In this document: one piece after another, positions 1 to 12,466 of the stretch
Numbering within the stretch: position 1 is the first letter of the stretch
Layout: each line of letters begins with the position of its first letter
Assembly (NCBI RefSeq): GCF_000143415.4
Contig: NW_003314264.1
Coordinates: forward strand, 155,942 to 208,613
Source of the DNA: Selaginella moellendorffii
Lineage: Eukaryota; Plantae; Lycopodiophyta
DNA: 52,672 nucleotides
Direction of reading: 5' to 3'
Made by a program: the position numbers and the translations under genes
Notes under the pieces: model-generated
Database searches by the model: none
Told to the model about the DNA's origin: nothing
What the model saw: only the letters and a program-made list of their open reading frames with translations

Positions 1-854
1 AGGGATAGTGAGGTCTAGGAACTAGTTTTGAAGGGACTCTCCAGTTGGGCTTCCAAACCGACTTGAGGTTGAGACTGGGACCGAGGGGCCTTGGGTGGGA
101 GTGAGCATGGACTTGGCTGGTGCCGAAGGGGCCATCCAAGGAAGTGCTCAAGAGCAGCTCCCATTCCCGAAAGGGAAACCGACTGCGGTGCTCCCGGCTC
201 AGGTGGAGTGGTGCCCCACTTGAGTACCTTGTGGCTCATTGGTCCTCGCCCTTCCGGGGGCTTGGGCCTTCCCTTCGGGATGGAAGAGGGGGGGGTAGAG
301 GTACCCATACCGGGCCGTTAGGCCACGGTGTTTCGCCCCGACGTCCCGAAGCAAGTGCTGCACCCAAGGCTTGGGATTTAGAGGGTCACATGATCAAGTC
401 TTGTGGTACCAAGGGGTGTTAGGAATTTGGAGGCTTGGTGTGCTTGGCTGCTTGTGCCTGCGGGGAGTGTAGCCGAACCTTAAGTCCAGTCTAACCCGGG
501 GAGGGGGATTGGGAGAGATTTGGGAATCCGTAGATGGATGCCTAACACTCCGTTGCTCGTGCAGTGAGTAGCTGAAACCAAGTAGGACCAAGTAGGAGCT
601 GGTAGCATAGGCGAGAACCTTGGCGAGGGAACTTAGCACAAGCCAAGGCAGAGTTTGTCGGATAGATGAGGTAAGCTGGCAAATTGGAAAGGAAAAATTT
701 GTGGCTTACAGAGTACCACTCAGCTTACAAAGGAATAATACATCCCTGCCGGCAGGGACATAGAGAGAAGGCCAAAGGCCCAACTTCCCCTGAGCAAGAA
801 ATCAACCCCGTTGGGAAGATTTAGACAACTATTGTAAACAAGCAGATTAAGTCT

Positions 855-985
855 TGATAGGATACATCCCGACGATGCTAATCCTTATCACGTCGATACC
901 TATCTTGAGCTTTGCCCATTGCCTCAATAGCTCTAGACCAACCTTGGCGTAGCTGCTCTGCCTAAGTCTCAACGGTCGGGACCAG
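855..985 (-). pseudogene. Integrase C-terminal fragment
   Basis: Minus-frame translation AEQLRQGWSRAIEAMGKAQDRYRRDKD*HRRDVSY resembles the gypsy integrase AQ.R.....D..RR motif. Confidence 0.55.
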
Positions 986-1029
986 CATTACAGACATTGG
1001 TTTTGGTACAACAATCTGAACAATCTGAC

Positions 1030-1235
1030 TAGAACATCGTCGATATATAGGACAATAAATGCGTCCAAATAATCTCTGAATATTCTATCCATCATAGTGC
1101 TGAACGTTGCTGGAGCATTGCATAACCTAAATGATATAACAAGGAACCTATAAGATCTATATTGAGTTTTAAAGGCTGTCTTCTCCACATCCTGATCCGC
1201 CACCTGTATCTGATGATACCTAGACTGCAAATCAA
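1030..1235 (-). pseudogene. Reverse transcriptase core fragment (Ty3/gypsy, chromovirus-like)
   Basis: DLQSRYHQIQVADQDVEKTAFKT...FRLCNAPATF...LYIDDVLV. Confidence 0.9.
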
Positions 1236-1249
1236 GTCGCGTAAAATAC

Positions 1250-2460
1250 TTAGCCTCTCGTCAACCCCTTCAGCTTCACCACCACTATCTTCCCTCATGA
1301 CATTAACACGAGACCTTGTCTTATGCTTGTTGGGACATTTCGAGGACCTATGTCTTAACTCTCCACAATGGAAGGAATGACCCACACTACCCATTCTTCT
1401 AGGAGCAGGTTTTGCAAGTTGCTGCTGCTTGTACCCACCAGGAGGAGGAGTAGAGGGCCTAGGACCAGAAGAAGCTGGTGGTGGTCTCCAACCACCACCA
1501 CCTTTGTTAACTATAGCTTGTGAGCCTCCAAGGCAGTACCTGCCTTCCACCCTCTATTTCCGGTCACCTTGTTTATTCCTAGAATTCTTATTCTTGTCCA
1601 AGGTACCAGCATTAGCTGCTGATATTGTTCCATGAGTGAATGGCTAAAGGCAACTTGCTATGCTACCTCCTTACACTCCAGGTATGTCTTCGGCTTAAAC
1701 TTCAAAATCTCATTGCGAGAAAGTGAACTTAACCCTCAAGAAAATAACTTTGAGCATCTTCATCACTCATATTTGCAATCATAATGTGCTTCTGAGCAAA
1801 TGCATTAACATAATGCATGAGGTCCACTCGCTGCTTTAACCATCACAGCTCCACGTGAAGTCTCAGACCAAGATCATCTAGCAAGTATTCCTTATGGATA
1901 CAAGACCGCATCTTGGTCCAACTTCTAGGCTGCCCTTTTTTAGCACACACTTAGCACCACCAAGTTTTGGCATAATCAGTGAGAAAGGATTATGTGCACG
2001 CAACTTTCCTATGATCATCTACGTTTGCCACTATGAAAATAGTTTTCCATATTATAGACCCAGTCTTCCAAAACCTAATAGTTTCATATGCCTTTGAAAT
2101 TGGGTGGTTTCGGAGGCTTGAACTTTGAAACTTGTGCAACTAGGAGCAGTTGTAGAACTTCATCATCCTCAAAACTTGAAGAGGAGTCTGGTTGGTTAGA
2201 TTTAGCTGGTTTAGCTGCCTTAGCTTCTTTCTTCCTATTCTTGTTCTCCTTCTTCAATTTGTGAATTTCCCTTCACAAATTCTTGATCTTGACTTCATGA
2301 GCCGTACGCTACAGCGTCGTAGCATCTAGCTCTTCCTCTTCTGAATCAACCTTAGCCTCTTCCGCAACATCTTTAGTAGGAGTTTCTTCCTCTCGATTCG
2401 CCCACCTAGAGGTTTCAGCGTCATCAGCATGGTTCCTTTTCACCATCCTATTAGCTGCAT
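1250..2460 (-). pseudogene. Degenerate gag
   Basis: CCHC-like knuckle HCGELRHRSSKCP (~1335-1375). Charged N-terminal remnant downstream of the PBS; several stops and frameshifts. Boundaries approximate. Confidence 0.7.
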
Positions 2461-2635
2461 GCATGCCTCTATTAGTAACTAAACATGCATACAACGTTCT
2501 TACCGAATGGTGCAATCCAACTAATCCTACACAATTGCTTCGATCTACAAAAAAAGTCTCTGCGTATGCAACTTGAGTCAGAAAATCTGACAAAAGATGA
2601 ATAGGAATCGCTAAGACAATTTCTCTAATACCAAA

Positions 2636-3616
2636 TGTAGCGCACCTAAATTTGGAGTTGAACTCCAAGCCTATTGTGCTACAAAACGAGGCTCCAGTAC
2701 AATCCCACGAGCATTAGCTCCCCGTATCCAACACCTGCATGCAAAATGGTGTTATTTTGGCACAATTTTGGCATACTAGTAGCTTAACGCGAGGAGGAGG
2801 GTACCCCACCGACTAAAGCAATGTGGAGCTTGGGCTTAGACCCAAGCTAGATGCAAAACAAGGAGTGACATAACCCAATAGGAGCCAAATTAATGTCTCA
2901 AGCGGTTGGACATGCATTCCAACCACTATCCCTATTATACATTTGGAACCATGTCTCAAGCGGTTGGACATGCATTTCAACCACTATCCCTATTATACAT
3001 TTGGAACCTCCTATAGCCCCCCCGCCCCCCCCCCCCCCCTTTGAGGAACACATGCTTTGGGCTTTCACCCCAAGCGTCCTTTAGTACTAGGAGTTAGTCC
3101 TTAGGACAAGCTCAAAATTTACTAAATATGGAATGTCCCTAGATTGCAAATTTGGACATGGGACTAACACCATTGTTTCGGGCCAAAATCTACATTCTGT
3201 AGATATGTCAAATGTGCGAATCTAGACACTTTCCATAATTAGTATTTAGGATCGAAATGAGACCAACACAAAGGGCATGATAGCAAGGGTGTTTGGCAGA
3301 CACGATAAGCTATTATTCGGCAATATTGAGGGACTAGTCTCAATACACAAGGGTTCTTGCCAAGCTAGTGCAAGATAGAGCAAAAGAAAACTAAAAGCCA
3401 AGCCAAAAATGTTTAGCTAGAAACACATAGGAGTTCCTACCTTATGTCCATCTGGCTAAGTACAGATGCTAAACCCAATTTACTAATACTTGGACAAGAG
3501 GGGCTAATGATGGGAACTAGGAGTATCGACCTTCTGCCGTCATGGCAGTAAGGGAAGAGTTATTATAAGGACTAGCTGATAAGTATCTTTTGATACTCAA
3601 AGTCACATTTGCGACA
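2636..3616 (-). repeat. Family C 5' LTR
   Basis: TG...CA termini with adjacent PBS; homologous copies start at 5855 and 21194; internal 58-bp tandem duplication at 2893-3008. Confidence 0.85.
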
Positions 3617-5854
3617 GTTTCTAACACTAGCAAGTGCAAGCTAACAACATGAATTTCTCATCACTATATCAAGTATGCTTGATTAAATGACAATTTAGGA
3701 TTTTGTTCCTTAGTGCCCTTCCAGTCTAAGTGCACATGTGATGACTAGTTTCTCAACTAGTTTAGGTAGAGACTGATAAAGGATCCAACAATATTGACCT
3801 CTTACCATTGTGGCAGTAAGAAAAAAATATTTGAAATGACTAGTCAATAGGTAACTTTCGATACCCAAAATCACATTTGCGACACTCTCCCCCTTTTAGG
3901 GAAGATCAATGTCCTTGTTGATGCATACTATAGTCTCAAGCACTGTCAAGGAACCAACTCCAGAACAAGTTTACGGTGTTCACACAGTGTGAAAAATGCA
4001 CCAACTTAAATGAGTTTTGAGGCAACCTCTTTGTTTAACATGGATACACTACCAACTCAGACACCTTCCAGCTGTTACCAACAAGGAAATGACCAATAGA
4101 GTTAGACACCCTTGCTGCTTTGGCTATCATTTAGCTTACAAAAGTGTGATATGCCCCTGCCCATAGGGACATAGAGAGAAGCTAGAGGCTTCAACCCTCA
4201 TGAGCAAAGAAACAAAACTAATTAGTAAGATTTATATAGACTACTGTAAATAGGCAGTTAAAGTTGTTTATATGGTCATACCCATTAAACGAAATAAGGA
4301 ACATTGAGAGAGAAGCATATGATGTGACCAGTCGACAGTAGCTACCCTATGACTAAAGATTTTACCATGCACACGAAGTGCCAAAGTTAATCTGCCTATA
4401 CTAGCCCAAACTTAAAGATCAATAAATGGAAAATATCAAAGTTAGAGACAATGATATCTAAGAGAGTTAATTATCAATGAATAAATTCTATATTAGAGCA
4501 CAAAAGTATTCTAAATAAGTTATAATCAACTATCCTAGATGGTAGTCAATCATTATCAATGATTGCTAGATGTGAAAGCTAACTTCAACATCGGAGTTAA
4601 TAAGCCAGAATGCCTTCCCTAATAACTTTTAACAAATGGAACAATGAGTATAAAACTCAAAGAATCAAAAGCTTGAAGTAGTCTATATTCAAGTCTTGTA
4701 TAATAATAATCACAAGTCTTGTATGAACTAACTTCAATGCTAAAGAATAAATCATAGTACAACCCACAATATCTTCCTCAACACATCAATAAGCTAAACT
4801 TCATAATACAAAGCTAATAAAGAGCATGTTTGCATCAATCCAAAAGCTATGCTCAACTAGTGACCACTAAACAATCCTTCATGAATCCATCTATAGCAAA
4901 ATAAAACTAACTTAATAACAAGCATAAGAAGAACCATTAATGATTAATATATCTTCAACTCAAATCTAATAAAGACTCAACATGTTTAATATTGATCACT
5001 AACTCTTCTTCTAGTAAAGTTAGCATAGTCCATGACTAAATCACTTTTCAAGGAAATGCTCAAAACTCAACCCCTATTAAATAATCTTATCTAGAACACA
5101 ACTAACTCAACTTGCCACTCAGCTCATTTGAATAAAAATAGTTACTAATTAGCAAATGCACTAATGCTAATAACATAAAGTTACAGCTAAATCATTAACA
5201 CTATCCACATTGAGACTAGTAAAACTCAATATCAATCTTATAGAGAGATATCTCACTTCACTCAAAGCTCTTTAACAAAAAAGCTAACCAAAGTCAAAGA
5301 GACCTTAGTTAATATCTGAGGTGAATCCTTCAATAATACTCAATTATAGATAACACATCAAGGACTAATTCACCACATCCAAGATTAAATGAAATCCAAC
5401 ACCGCGGACTAAATGCAACCAAATGATATCAACAACATGGAAAAACCATGTAAGTCTAACGATACGATCTTTTGCAACACCATTTGGTAAAGCAAACTTA
5501 TCACTAATAAATCTTCATTGAGCAAAGCAAGTGTTAAAAGTCCTCGATGAAGTATATAAGTTATCACTAATCACAAAGCAATTGACAACTACCTTTCATC
5601 TTGCCTTCACAAGACCCAACCACTAAACTCATATAATCAAGTCATATATTTATCCAACATGAGCGTAATACCCCAGTTATGAGATATAGGAACATGAACA
5701 AACACAAACTAAATGACTACTCGAATGTAATCAAATTGCAATAAGCTCACTAACATGTTTAGCCAATAACTTTAAGCATGCCTTGAAGAGGCTAGCTATG
5801 CATGATCAACACTTAGTCAAAACTAAAGTAAAGATCATGATATGGACTCATATG

Positions 5855-6304
5855 TGTAGCACACATGAATTTAGAGTTGAACTCTAAGCCTATTGCACTA
5901 TAGAACAAAAGTCCAATACAATCCCACAAGCACTAGCTCCTTGTATTTAACACTTGTATGCAAAATGGTGTTAGACAATATTTGGCATAATTTTGGTATA
6001 CTGGTGGCCTAATGCAAAGAAGAAGGTACCCCACCAACTAGAGTAGTATGGAGCTTGATCTTAGACCCAAGTCAGACGTAGAACAAAGAGTGACACAGCT
6101 CAGCAGGAGCCAAACTAATGTCTCAAGTGGTCAAACACAACCACTATCCCTACTATACATTTAGAACCCTCTATAGCTCCCCCATATCCCCGCCCCCCCT
6201 TGACGGGCTACCAAAGGGATCCAATTGTATTGACTTCCTGCTGTCATAGCAGTAAGGAAAGAGTGTTTGTAAGGATTGACTAATAAATATTTTTCAATAC
6301 CTCG
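5855..6304 (-). repeat. Internally deleted family C LTR fragment
   Basis: Aligns by eye to 2636-3040 and 3500-3600; right end approximate. Confidence 0.75.
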
Positions 6305-7480
6305 AGAAAAATGATCAACAGATCAGCTATTGGAAAAGTCAAGAAAATTTATCCATCCTAAAGAAAAAATGACTCTCAGTATAGGAATACAAACTTTCAA
6401 AACTCAACCAACTTCTTTCTACTAACAACGTCACATATGTTCACCTCAACACAAATTCTCATGACCTAATAGTATGTCTAAGTATCAAACTTCCCAATAT
6501 CCAATATAGACTATTGTAAAATGCAAATGAATACCCAAAACCCAATCACGAAGACCATATCTTCAAATATCCACATTGCACTAACACTCTTATTCAATCA
6601 CCTTCAAGATCTAGTATGAAGCTAAAACACTAACAAGAAAAATGATATGAAAAATAAAAATTTAAGGAAAATTTCTCATCACTCAAAATAATAATGCCAC
6701 TTCCACTAACACAAGTACTAGTAATGTCAATGCCTCAACTACATACCTTCTTGATTCAACAATTTACTCCAAGTGTTAATGAATAAATCAATACGTTATA
6801 GCAAATGAATGCTACAACTTTTTCTATCACCTTATAGGTAAACCCTCAAGGAAATAAAGTACTAACTTAAGCTTAGCATAATGGATCATTATTGAGAATC
6901 CAAGTAACTTCATAAACATATTACTCATAATTAGATGGATATGATATAAAAATCACAATAACTTGATCATCAATTGCGCAACACCACAAGCAAGCCTATA
7001 TTATTACCTAAAATTTTACATGAGTATCAAATGCCAACTCTATTTGATAAAATGCAATATAAACACCACACCCCACTGATAGAGATTTATAACACCAAAA
7101 ACCATTAACTTTTATTCATAACATGAACAAGCTCATGCCATTCTCTTTCCCACCAAACTCAGAACTAATTCAACATTAAGCTACTCAAGGAGTAATAGCA
7201 AGGTTCTTTAGAAAATAATTGAGCATTCTAACCCAAGTCTTTTGATAACAAGTTTAGACAAAATGGGTTAGCACTTCACTACTATCTATCCCACGACTCA
7301 CCACTTGTAAGACCATCATAACTAATATGCACTAAAGTAGGGACTCTTGATTGCATGATGTGAATATGAGCAATGAGTCACACTTTTTTGCAAATCATCT
7401 TTCCAAGAAGAGAAAATGATTTACGTGTTTGATCCTTTGTCCACTCTCTTTTTGGACTCTACTTTGACCAAACCTCAAGC

Positions 7481-7767
7481 ATGCTTTATTTCGTTAAAGT
7501 GGAACTTATTTAGTAAAGTGGGACATTAATTAGCATGTGTCCACATGCCATTTCCTAGTACTTAATTAATATTTATTAATACTTCTATCAGTTTTTTAAT
7601 TTATTTTTTATATTTCACAATATTATAACACAAAATCATATGAAAAGTTTTTAATTTATAAATTATAAAGCTAAAACTTCAATTTTTTATTGTTGTTATA
7701 AAAATGGCATGTGGCCACACACCATAAGTGGGATAATGAAAAGTTCCATTTTAATGAAATAAAGCAT
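7481..7767. mobile_element. Probable MITE
   Basis: 26-bp TIRs (ATGCTTTATTTCGTTAAAGTGGAACT / AGTTCCATTTTAATGAAATAAAGCAT, 24/26 match). Second internal inverted pair CCACATGCCATTT / AAATGGCATGTGG, AT-rich core, AAGC on both flanks. Confidence 0.6.
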
Positions 7768-9659
7768 AAGCGTGCTTTTGCACTGCCTTTAGTCCAATCC
7801 AAGAAAAGTATATAAGAGAGCATGGCAATGACTACTTGATCTAATAGACTAATCCCTACAATCTTGATTAACCCACTTGTAATCATGCCTACGAAGGATC
7901 TACTAGTGTTATGCTAAACAACTATAGACCAACCTATTTACCATTTATAGCAAATGTAAGTAAGGTTTACTTTTACCTATGGTACAAGGAACAACTCATG
8001 AAACCATTGATAGGCTAACATTAATCTTGCCAACTCAAAGTGTAACCTTGAGTTATTAATGTGCCTAACCCACAAGCCCAAGCATAAACTTGTGCAAATG
8101 GGACATCTCAATCCATCTTATGAACCTAAGAGTAAGCTCACATAATATGGTACGAAAAAGTAACTAAAATCCACAACCAAAGAACGAATGCAAAAGTCTT
8201 AACACCCAAACGTGTACCCACTTAAACCATTGTTTTTACAATGAGACTAGTTGCCCAATCTTATTGAGTAGTACTCATTGAGACTCATTCTTTGATACCA
8301 AATGTAACACATGTGGTTTTCACCCTTTATCCTAATTTATCATAAAATAATCATGAAGTAGAACCTAAACCCTCTATATGCCATATATCACATGCCATGT
8401 GTCCAAGGACAGTGGTGGGGAACCTAAGTTTTAGGGCCTTGGGCCACTAAATAAAAGAACGAAGCCAAACTCTTAAGCATGGAGCCAAGGAGAAAAAGTA
8501 CTAGAGCATGGAGTGGCTCCTAAGCATACAGCCCAAGGAGCGAAGGGATAGGAGCACAAAGTGATATAGGAACAGTCTTAGAGCATCTAAAATCCCAATG
8601 CTAAGACTAGCACACAAAACGGAACTAAACAGAGTTTGGTGCTATTTTAGCATACTAGTGGCATAACATGAGGATATAAGTACTCCACCAGTTAGCATGG
8701 TGTGGAACTTGGGCTTAGACCCAAGCCAAATGCAGAACAAGAATAGGCATGCAAGCAAAAGCTAGACTATGTCTTAGGTTTGTCAGCCATGCCTGACCTA
8801 CCCACTACCCCTACTATACATTTGAAACACAGCCCCCCCCCCCTGAGGAATGTATGCTTTGGGCTTTCACTCTTAGCCATCCTTAGTACATCTCTAGGAC
8901 TAGCTCAAAACTTACTAAATATGAAATGGTGCTAAATTGCTAATTTGGGCATGGGATAGATACCATTGTGTTCAAGATAATCTTTACATTAAGCAAACAA
9001 CATAAGTTTCTCATCACTATGTCAAGTATGTTTGACTAAATGACAACTTAGGATTTCCTTCCTTAGTGCCCTTCCGGTCCAAATGCACATATGATGGCCA
9101 GTTCCTCAATTAGCTTAGGTAGAGATTGATAAAGGATCTAGCAATATTGACTTCTTGCCGTCGTGGCAGTAAGGAAAGAATATCCAAAAGGACTAGTCGA
9201 GAGGTAATTTTCAATACCCAAAGTCACATTTCCGACAAAAAGGGCGTGACTGTATAAACAACTCTAACTACCTGTTTACAGTAGTCTATCTAAACCTTAC
9301 CAATGGGTTTCGTTTATTTGCTTAGGAGGGTTGGGGCCTTTAGCTTCTCTCTCTATATCTTTGCAAATAGGGGCGTATCATTCTTTTGTAAGCTAGGTGA
9401 CACCTAGAGTAGCAAGGGTGGCAAACTTCATTAGTCATTTCTTTGTTGGCAACAACTAGAAGGTGTCTGAGTTGGTAGCACATCCGCATTAGACAAAGAG
9501 GTTGCCTCATAACTCATTTAAGTTGGTGCATTTCTCACACAGTATGAACACCATGAACTTTTTCTGGAGTTGGTTCCTTGGCAGTGCTGGAGACTATAGT
9601 ATGTATCAACAAGGATATCAATCTTCCTCAAGGGGGGGAGAGTGTTACGAATATGATTG

Positions 9660-11183
9660 TGTGAGACACAAATCCCTAAATCCCCAAAGTGGACCCGAAA
9701 GGGTGCCACGTGGTAGTGGCCGAAGCGAAAGCCAAATGAGCGTAACACGTTTGGACTAAAAGCTCCGATTTGAAAGGTCAAGAGCGGGAGTGGAACTCCC
9801 AATGGAGTGCTCAAGGAATGAGCATGAAGCAAGCAATAAGCGAGTCTCTAGAAAAAGGACATAAGAGGACCAACACATGACACATGGTGGTGTCCGAGAT
9901 GGATTTGAGATGGAGTCTGAGATGGAGTCTGAGATGGACCAAGATAGAGTCCAAGATAGACCCGAGATGGAGTCCGAGATGGACCCGAGATGGAGTTTGA
10001 GATGGAGTCCGAGATGGACCCGAGATGGAGTTTGAGATGGACAAAGAGGGACCGAGATGGAGTTTGAGATAGAGTCCGAGATGGAGTCCGAGAAAGACCC
10101 GAGATGGAGTCTGAGATCGAGACCAAGACTGGGACCGGGACTGAGACCAAGACTGAGACCGAGGCCGAGGCCGAGACTGAGCCCGAGCCCGAGTCTGAGT
10201 CTGAGCCCGAGTCCGAGTCCAAGTCCGAGTCCGAGTCTAAGGGTGAAAGCCCAAAGCAATCGTCTCCCAGACCCTGAGGGGTTTGGTGAGCTCCAAAAGT
10301 AGCCAGTTTGGCCTAGGAGGGCTATACCCAAGTATTGGGTGATGAGATAACCAGTGGGAAGTCCAAAACTAGAGTGAATATAGACCGACAAACAGGGTAG
10401 CTTGGTGAAGTGTTCAAGAGCCGGCTCTAGTTCCCCTGGGAGATCGAATGGCTGATGCTCCTAGTCCAAGTGTGGGTGGCACTACCTACTTGGATACCTG
10501 GCATGGCTCAATAGAACCTCGCTCTAAACCCATGGCTAGAGCACCCAAAGGCGGAAGGTGGGGAGAGTACCCATGAGGCTCGCGTAGGGCTACAGTGTTC
10601 TGAAATGTTGTCCCAAAATCCCAGATTATGGAAAGGAAGAGAAGTGGTCCTCTAGTGTACTGACCAATGATATGGTCATGTGGTGAGGAAGTCCCAAAAG
10701 ACAATGGGACTTAGTGGTTGAGCCTGTGGGCCTTGTCTCAGTGGTAGTGTTGGCAAATACGGCCATAGACAGAAAAGGGACTGTAAAAGGGATATTGGGG
10801 AAGGTTGTTCCCCATGTCTACGGGCATCTTGAGGATGCTAAGGACTGGACCTAGAATGGTCACTCATGGGCGAATGACTCAGTCTTTGAGAGGCGGGACT
10901 GCGATGCAGGTGGTGTTGGACCATCGGTGAGACCAAGGTGAATGGGCATGGCTTTAGCATAACGGGCTAGTATGTCAATGGTACCTTGGGGTATCGGTCA
11001 TGGGATTGGACACGTGGAGCACTTGGACCAAGTGCAATGGTTGAGTGGCATGGATGCCATTCTTGGGGCTAGCAAGTCCCTAAGTCTAGAATAGGACTTA
11101 TGGAGGTTGTGAGTGAGACTCCTCCAAGTGGTCGAAGGTGTGGTTAAATGACTAAAGTAGAATGGAAAATTTAGTCACTTACA
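9660..11183 (+). mobile_element. Family A solo LTR
   Basis: TGTGAGACAC...GTCACTTACA with exact TSD GATTG (9655-9659 / 11184-11188). Confidence 0.95.
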
Positions 11184-11956
11184 GATTGCAAATATCAAAA
11201 GTTATATGTCAGTTATTCCTTTCAGATATTCTTTCCTTACTGCCATGATAGCAGAAGGTTTGTATTGTTTGTTCCCTTTTCAGCCCCTCTTGTTCAAGTG
11301 TTAGTAAATTGGGTTTAACACCTATACTTAGCCAGATGAACATAAGGTAGGAACTCCTATATGTTTTTTATTGAGCATACTTAGCCTAACTCTTAATTCT
11401 CTTTTGCTCTGTCTTGCACTAGTTTGACAAAAACCCTTGTGTATTGAGACTAGTCCCTTAATATCACTAAATGATAGCTTATTGTGTCTACCAAACACCC
11501 TTGCTATCGTGCACCTTGTGTTAGTACAATTTAGTTCTAATTGCTATTTATGGAAAGTGTCTAAATTTGCTAATTTGGCATATCTACAGAATATAAAAAT
11601 TGTCTTAAACACAATAGTGTTCGTACTATGTCCAAATTCACAATCTAGTTCCATTCCATATTTAATAAGTTTTGATTTAATCCCAGGGACTAACTCTTGG
11701 TACTAAGGGTGGCTAAGGGTGAAAGTGTGAGACACAAAATCCCTAGGCCCCAAAGTGGAGCCGGAAGGGCGCCACATGGTAGTGGCCGAAGCGAGAGCCA
11801 AACGAGCGTAACACGTTTGGACCAAAAGCTCCGACTTGAAAAGTCAAGAGCGGGAGTGGAACTCCCAACGAAGTGCTCGAGGAACGAGTACGAAGCGAGC
11901 AATAGGCAAGGCTCCAAAAAGGGACCCAAAAGGACCAACACATGACACGTGGGAGT

Positions 11957-12466
11957 GTCCGAGATGGACTCAAGTTGGAGTCCGAAGTGGAGTCCGAGAT
12001 GGACCCGAGTTGGAGTCCGAAGTGGAGTCCGAGATGGACCCGAATTGGAGTCCGAAGTGGAGTCCGAGATGGACCCGAGATGGAGTCCGAGATGGAGTCC
12101 GAAGTGGAGTCCGAGGTGGACCCGAGATGGACCCGAGTTGGAGTCCGAAGTGGAGTCCGAGATGGACCCGAGAGGGACCCGAGATGGAGTCCGAGATGGA
12201 GTCCGAGATGGACCCGAGATGGACCCGAGATGGAGTCCGAGACGGAGTCCGAGATGGAGTCCGAGATGGAGTCCGAGATGGAGTCCGAGATGGAGTCCGA
12301 GATGGAGTCCGAGATGGAGTCCGAAGTCGAGACCGAGACCGGGACCGAGACCGAGACCGAGACCGAGATCGGGACCGAGACCGAGACCGAGACCGAGGCC
12401 GAGGCTGAGACCGAGCCCGAGCCCGAGTCCGAGTCCGAGTCCGAGTCCGAGTCCGAGTCCGAGTCC
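11957..12466 (+). repeat. LTR-internal tandem array (12-mer GAGATGGAGTCC and 11-mer GAGATGGACCC, then 6-mers GAGACC, GAGCCC, GAGTCC)
   Basis: Directly visible. Homologous arrays at 17805-18290, 30186-30764, 36050-36604, 42271-42996, 48321-49051 and in the solo LTRs. Confidence 0.97.

Larger units (their letters stand above)
641..3616 (-). mobile_element. Family C LTR retrotransposon (Ty3/gypsy-derived, internally deleted); 3' end not resolved in window
   Basis: 5' LTR 2636-3616 (TGTCGCAAATG...GCGCTACA on minus). PBS TGGTATTAGAG at 2623-2633, followed by gag, RT and integrase remnants. Left boundary approximate. Confidence 0.8.
3617..9237 (-). mobile_element. Family B element B1 (old); 3' LTR interrupted by element C
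   Basis: 5' LTR 8303-9237 with PBS TGGTATCAAAG at 8290-8300. PPT AAAAGGGGGAGAG at 3885-3897, then a partial 3' LTR 3617-3884 matching 8990-9237. Confidence 0.75.

Noticed and set aside
4300-7460. A/C-rich decayed sequence inside B1
   Set aside because: No motif recognised in any frame; cannot assign
9808-9826. Apparent compensatory change CTCG/CGAG to CTCA/TGAG in an LTR hairpin
   Set aside because: Explained equally well by CpG deamination on both strands
11957-12466. CRISPR-like array
   Set aside because: Head-to-tail repeats without unique spacers; eukaryotic LTR context
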